A stretch of DNA of 32,000 bases, from NCBI GenBank assembly GCA_030429145.1, contig JAUIDC010000001.1, positions 630,001-662,000 on the forward strand. The letters run 5' to 3'. Origin of the DNA: Candidatus Saccharimonadota bacterium. Lineage in GTDB: Bacteria; Patescibacteriota; Gracilibacteria; Absconditabacterales; Absconditicoccaceae. How positions within the stretch are numbered: the stretch's first letter is position 1; every line of letters starts with the position of its first letter. The notes under the pieces are model-generated. The model worked only from the letters and a program-made list of their open reading frames with translations. It did no database searches and was not told where the DNA came from. The translations under genes were made by a program, and so were the position numbers. Below are positions 28,953 through 32,000 of the stretch, in pieces.

Positions 28953-29435
28953 TTATTTGTCGAGCTGCTTTTTTAGCTTCTCGTATTGGTTTTGTAGTAG
29001 TTTTACTTTCTCTTCTACTTGATATTTTTCATTGATATCGTTCCATCTTCCCGTGAGCTTTTCTTGCACATCTTCGATGCGTTCTTGTACCATAGTACTT
29101 ATCTCTTGAGCTTTTTTATGAGCAGCTTCGTTTGCCTTTTCCTTTCGCTCTGCTACTTTGTCTTCAAGCTCTTCTAGCTTAGACTCGAGCATTGCTACTT
29201 CTTTTTGGAAAAAAGCTTTTACTTCTTCCCACTTACCTTCGTAGTCAAACTCTCTTACGTCTTCGATCATTTCTTTGTTGGTGTCCAATCGTCCGTCGAA
29301 AAAAGCTTTTGCTTTCTTACCAAAAGTTGGTGCTTTAGCAACTTTTTTCTGGAGATTTTTATCTTTGTACCAAAGCACTGCTGCTTGTCCAAGGATAAAA
29401 CCGATTGCTCATCGCTTCCATTTCTTCAATACCAT
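28953..29435 (-). CDS. YtxH-like membrane-anchored coiled-coil protein
   Basis: The listed ORF (GTG at 29378) extends upstream through the TGA at 29409-29411 to ATG 29435. The result, MVLKKWKRGAIGFILGQAAVLWY, is a YtxH-style N-terminal helix, followed by a long Lys/Glu-rich helical region. Confidence 0.55.
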
Positions 29436-29508
29436 ACGTTTGTGGGATGACAAAATAAAAAGGTTGTTCCCTAAAATACTACCCAATATATGAGAATTTG
29501 CAAGGGGA

Positions 29509-30651
29509 TTACAAGACAAACTGTTTTACGAGCTCATAGATGATACCAAATGAGAAGATGATAATGACTGCGTAGGAGAAGAGTTTATTGTAGGGGAGGA
29601 TATGTGTTTCTTTTTTGTTATGTCTTTTATGGAGCATAAGATTGGTTACTCCAATATGAAAGCAGGTTAGTCCGGTAAATACGGCACCGGAAATCGAGAT
29701 GATTTTGACGAAATCGGCCTGGAGGTAGAGAAAGAGAAGAAGAGGACCAAGTGCTACCAGTGTTCGTGAGATGAGAGACGAGAGTTTGAATTGTACTTTG
29801 AGAGTTTGTTGAAGATGCTCTCCATTGACGAAGTGGGGCGAGATGATAGCGAAGAGTCATACTAGCCCACCTAGTTTAATGACTCGAGACGGAAGAACAG
29901 TTTGTAGTCCGCTCAATGCATCTTGTGAGGTTGCAGCTCAGGACATTCCGACAACGGCCCATCACCAAAGAAGTACCATACTCATGCAAATGAGCCCCGC
30001 TATCACAATCAAAAACGGCAGATCTTTTTTCTCTCTTCAGAGAATCTCTTCTGATACAGGTATTGTGGAAGCATTGTTGAGGGCGTAGATGAGTACGCCG
30101 TATGGGAGGAACCATTGTGCTTTATCGCCAAGAAGAAAGTGTTCAGGTGTTGTGTGAAGAAATCCGTAGATGATCAGGAAGATGAGCATACACAGGAGTA
30201 TGGTGACGATTTTTTTATCATACTTTTTTATGCCATCTACTCACTTGTAGATAAATCATCCCATGATGAGTGCGTAGACCGTCGCAGAAATAGCTGGTTC
30301 GAATGCGCTGTTCGGTCAAAGGATAACATTGACAAAGATGCTACTCAAAGAGATATACGCAAACATCGTAGCAAGGTACTGCAAACATGTGGCAATGGTA
30401 GCAAACTTCCCTCGCCTTTTAGGAAGCAACAATTGCATCATGGCTGGGAGGCGCATCCTGCTTGGGAGGCTAAGAGCTACCTCAGCGATGAGCAAATTGA
30501 GGATGATCGCTAAAGAGCCAATAAGAAGTATCCACATAGTCCCTTGTAGCACTCAGGCCTGTGCAAAAGCATAGGGCACACCAAATAATCACGCTCCGAG
30601 CGTGCCTCAGATGATAGTAGAAACTGCAATAAGATTATTTTTTGTTAACAT
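29509..30651 (-). CDS. Amino acid permease (Aa_trans / aromatic amino acid permease-like), visible only under code 25
   Basis: ATG at 30651, TAA at 29509-29511, 380 aa, ten in-frame TGAs. MLTKNNLIAVSTIIGGTLGAGLFGVPYAFAQAGVLQG is the typical N-terminal permease signature. About 10-11 hydrophobic segments follow. Confidence 0.8.
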
Positions 30652-30666
30652 TTTGTATGATAGTTT

Positions 30667-32000
30667 CTATGAGTCTAAAAGTGAACGTAATTTTGCAATG
30701 CCAGTAGGATTCAACTGTCTTTCGATAGCTCCGATAGTGACCTGATGTTCTCCCGGATGTTGTTTGACAACCTGTGCTACCTGTTGTAGTAACGATGGGT
30801 TATCAGGGAGGGCGAACTGCATAGGTCATGTGGCTTCTTCATTGCTTGAACTGCCTCAGCCAGTGCTGTTATTTTCGTCGTTGCTATTGCTATCACTATC
30901 GCTTTCATCATCTCTGAGTTCGTCTGACGCTTTTTCAGCTTGTTTGAGGCTGATCGTCTCGCCTGTTTCGCTGTCGACGATCTCATCTTCGAGGTCTCCT
31001 GTACCGTGTGCCAGTGCATTGACACCGAGCCTGGTAGTTTTTACCTCCGCGACGGATTCATCATTGTATTTATTTGATTTTTTTGCTTCTTCTATGATAC
31101 TTTCTAGCGATGTTTTCACGATTTTACTGATCTTAAGAGATCTGTTTTTCCAACCTTCAATAATCAAAATATCAAACTTCTGGATATCCAAAGTCTCTTT
31201 CATGAAAAACTCTATCTCATCGGAAATATCTTCTACTGCGACAAAATATCACTTCTTTTTTGCTCTCTGAATGTTTCTCACGAAACAGAGGATCTTCACA
31301 TTGCCAAAGGCCTGTTCTTTGTCGTAATATTTGAACATGCTGATAAGCGAGTATCTTCCTTTGATATATGGATAGAGTCCATCAAATGGATGACCTGACA
31401 CAAATGTTTTAAATACATCATATTCGGTCAGCAGTTTTTCCATTTTACTGGTTGGCTCTGCTTGTTCGAGCTCGAGTTTTGGCTTCACATCGGCGACCGC
31501 AAATAAGCTCTGCTCAGCATTGTTGCTACCCGCCATTTTTACCCACTCAATGATGCGGGGCACATTGTGGAGGATTGTCTTGCGGTCAACAAAACCTGAG
31601 AACGCTCACGCCTTTGCGAGAGATTCCAGTGTTTTTTTGTTGATGAGACTCTCGCACCTTGTGAGAAAATCTTCGAGATCTTTGAACGGACCGTTCTGTC
31701 TTCTTTCTTGCTCGATCTGTTCGCTGACGTCGCCGCCGACTCATTTGATACATTGAAATCCAAGCCTGATCGAATCGTCTATGGCGGCGACATGTCTGAA
31801 CGACTCATTGACATGAGGCGGTAGCACGCGATATCCCTGCAGCTTCAGCTCATTAATAAACTTACTGAGTTTCTCAGCATCTTCTTCAACAGACCTTAGC
31901 AAGGCTGCATTGAACTCAATAGGGTAGTTCGCCTTGAGATAAGCCGTCTGATATGAGAGCATACCATATGTTACCGAGTGGGACTTATTGAATGAGTAGA
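30667..32000 (-). CDS. dnaE: DNA polymerase III alpha subunit DnaE, 3' portion (continues beyond the window)
   Basis: Fragments 31741-31962, 31249-31563 and 30856-31203 share one frame through five TGAs. Matching segments are AYLKANYPIEFNAALL, GYRVLPPHVNES, RLGFQCIKGVGGDV (TGA at 31741-31743), LESLAKAGAFSG (TGA at 31606-31608) and the OB-fold region VSGHPFDG. The stop is TAG at 30667-30669. Confidence 0.9.

Noticed and set aside
30290-30312. A GGTTCGAAT string resembling a tRNA T-loop. A similar GTTCGAC occurs near 105-115.
   Set aside because: The flanking bases do not form a T-stem, and no acceptor, D or anticodon arms can be drawn. The first lies inside the permease CDS. I found no tRNA in the window.
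29627-30574. Six listed ORFs of 77-132 aa on both strands.
   Set aside because: All are explained as fragments or shadows of the single minus-strand permease gene once TGA is read as Gly.
1-32000. TGA read as tryptophan (code 4, as in Mycoplasma) or as selenocysteine.
   Set aside because: The aligned conserved residues are Gly (GGGH, GVGG, IKGVG, Obg Gly repeats, YRGP), not Trp or Cys. There are about 70 sites, with many per gene, and no plausible SECIS-like hairpins follow them.
1-32000. A search by eye for CRISPR arrays, DGR template/variable repeats, transposase or integrase genes, reverse transcriptases and toxin-antitoxin pairs.
   Set aside because: I saw no regularly spaced direct repeats, no long near-identical repeat pairs, and no ORF with RT, transposase or integrase motifs. 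A computational repeat search would be needed to exclude short or diverged repeats.

Overview
This is an AT-rich, gene-dense bacterial chromosomal segment that reads coherently only if TGA is a sense codon for glycine (translation table 25, as in the Gracilibacteria/Absconditabacteria (SR1) candidate phyla). In the supplied standard-code ORF track, most housekeeping genes look shattered: obg, a class B PBP, murD, hisS, dnaE, a DHH phosphoesterase and an amino-acid permease. Every break is a TGA, never TAA or TAG. The fragments stay in frame, and the TGA positions fall on invariant glycines of well-known motifs. By hand count there are about 70 in-frame TGAs. After hand re-stitching, the window holds about 35 genes. 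Recognisable ones are der (3' end), an ASCH protein, DUF2231, ybaB, tig, rlmH, obg, a type IV pilin-like protein, rlmN, an nrnA-like DHH/DHHA1 protein, tspO, a class B PBP, a TrbC/VirB2-like membrane protein, hisS, dnaB, a PilX_N-like protein, an SLT lytic transglycosylase, murD, gyrA, a YtxH-like protein, an amino-acid permease and dnaE (partial). There are also many uncharacterised proteins. I saw no rRNA, tRNA, CRISPR array, transposase or reverse transcriptase. The loci most worth a second look are listed here. (1) The recoding itself, and the very uneven TGA density between genes. (2) A tandem pair of diverged paralogs with a winged-helix N-terminus and unknown function (3745-5517). (3) A roughly 790 bp non-coding tract upstream of the pilin gene containing a long-range imperfect helix (9256-10043). 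(4) An ambiguous promoter, hairpin and overlapping-ORF locus (5518-6166). (5) A dnaB / PilX-like / SLT gene string joined by a TAATG overlap. (6) Several genes invisible to standard-code ORF calling. All coordinates and translations were derived by hand from the sequence. Family assignments are from motif recall, not database searches.
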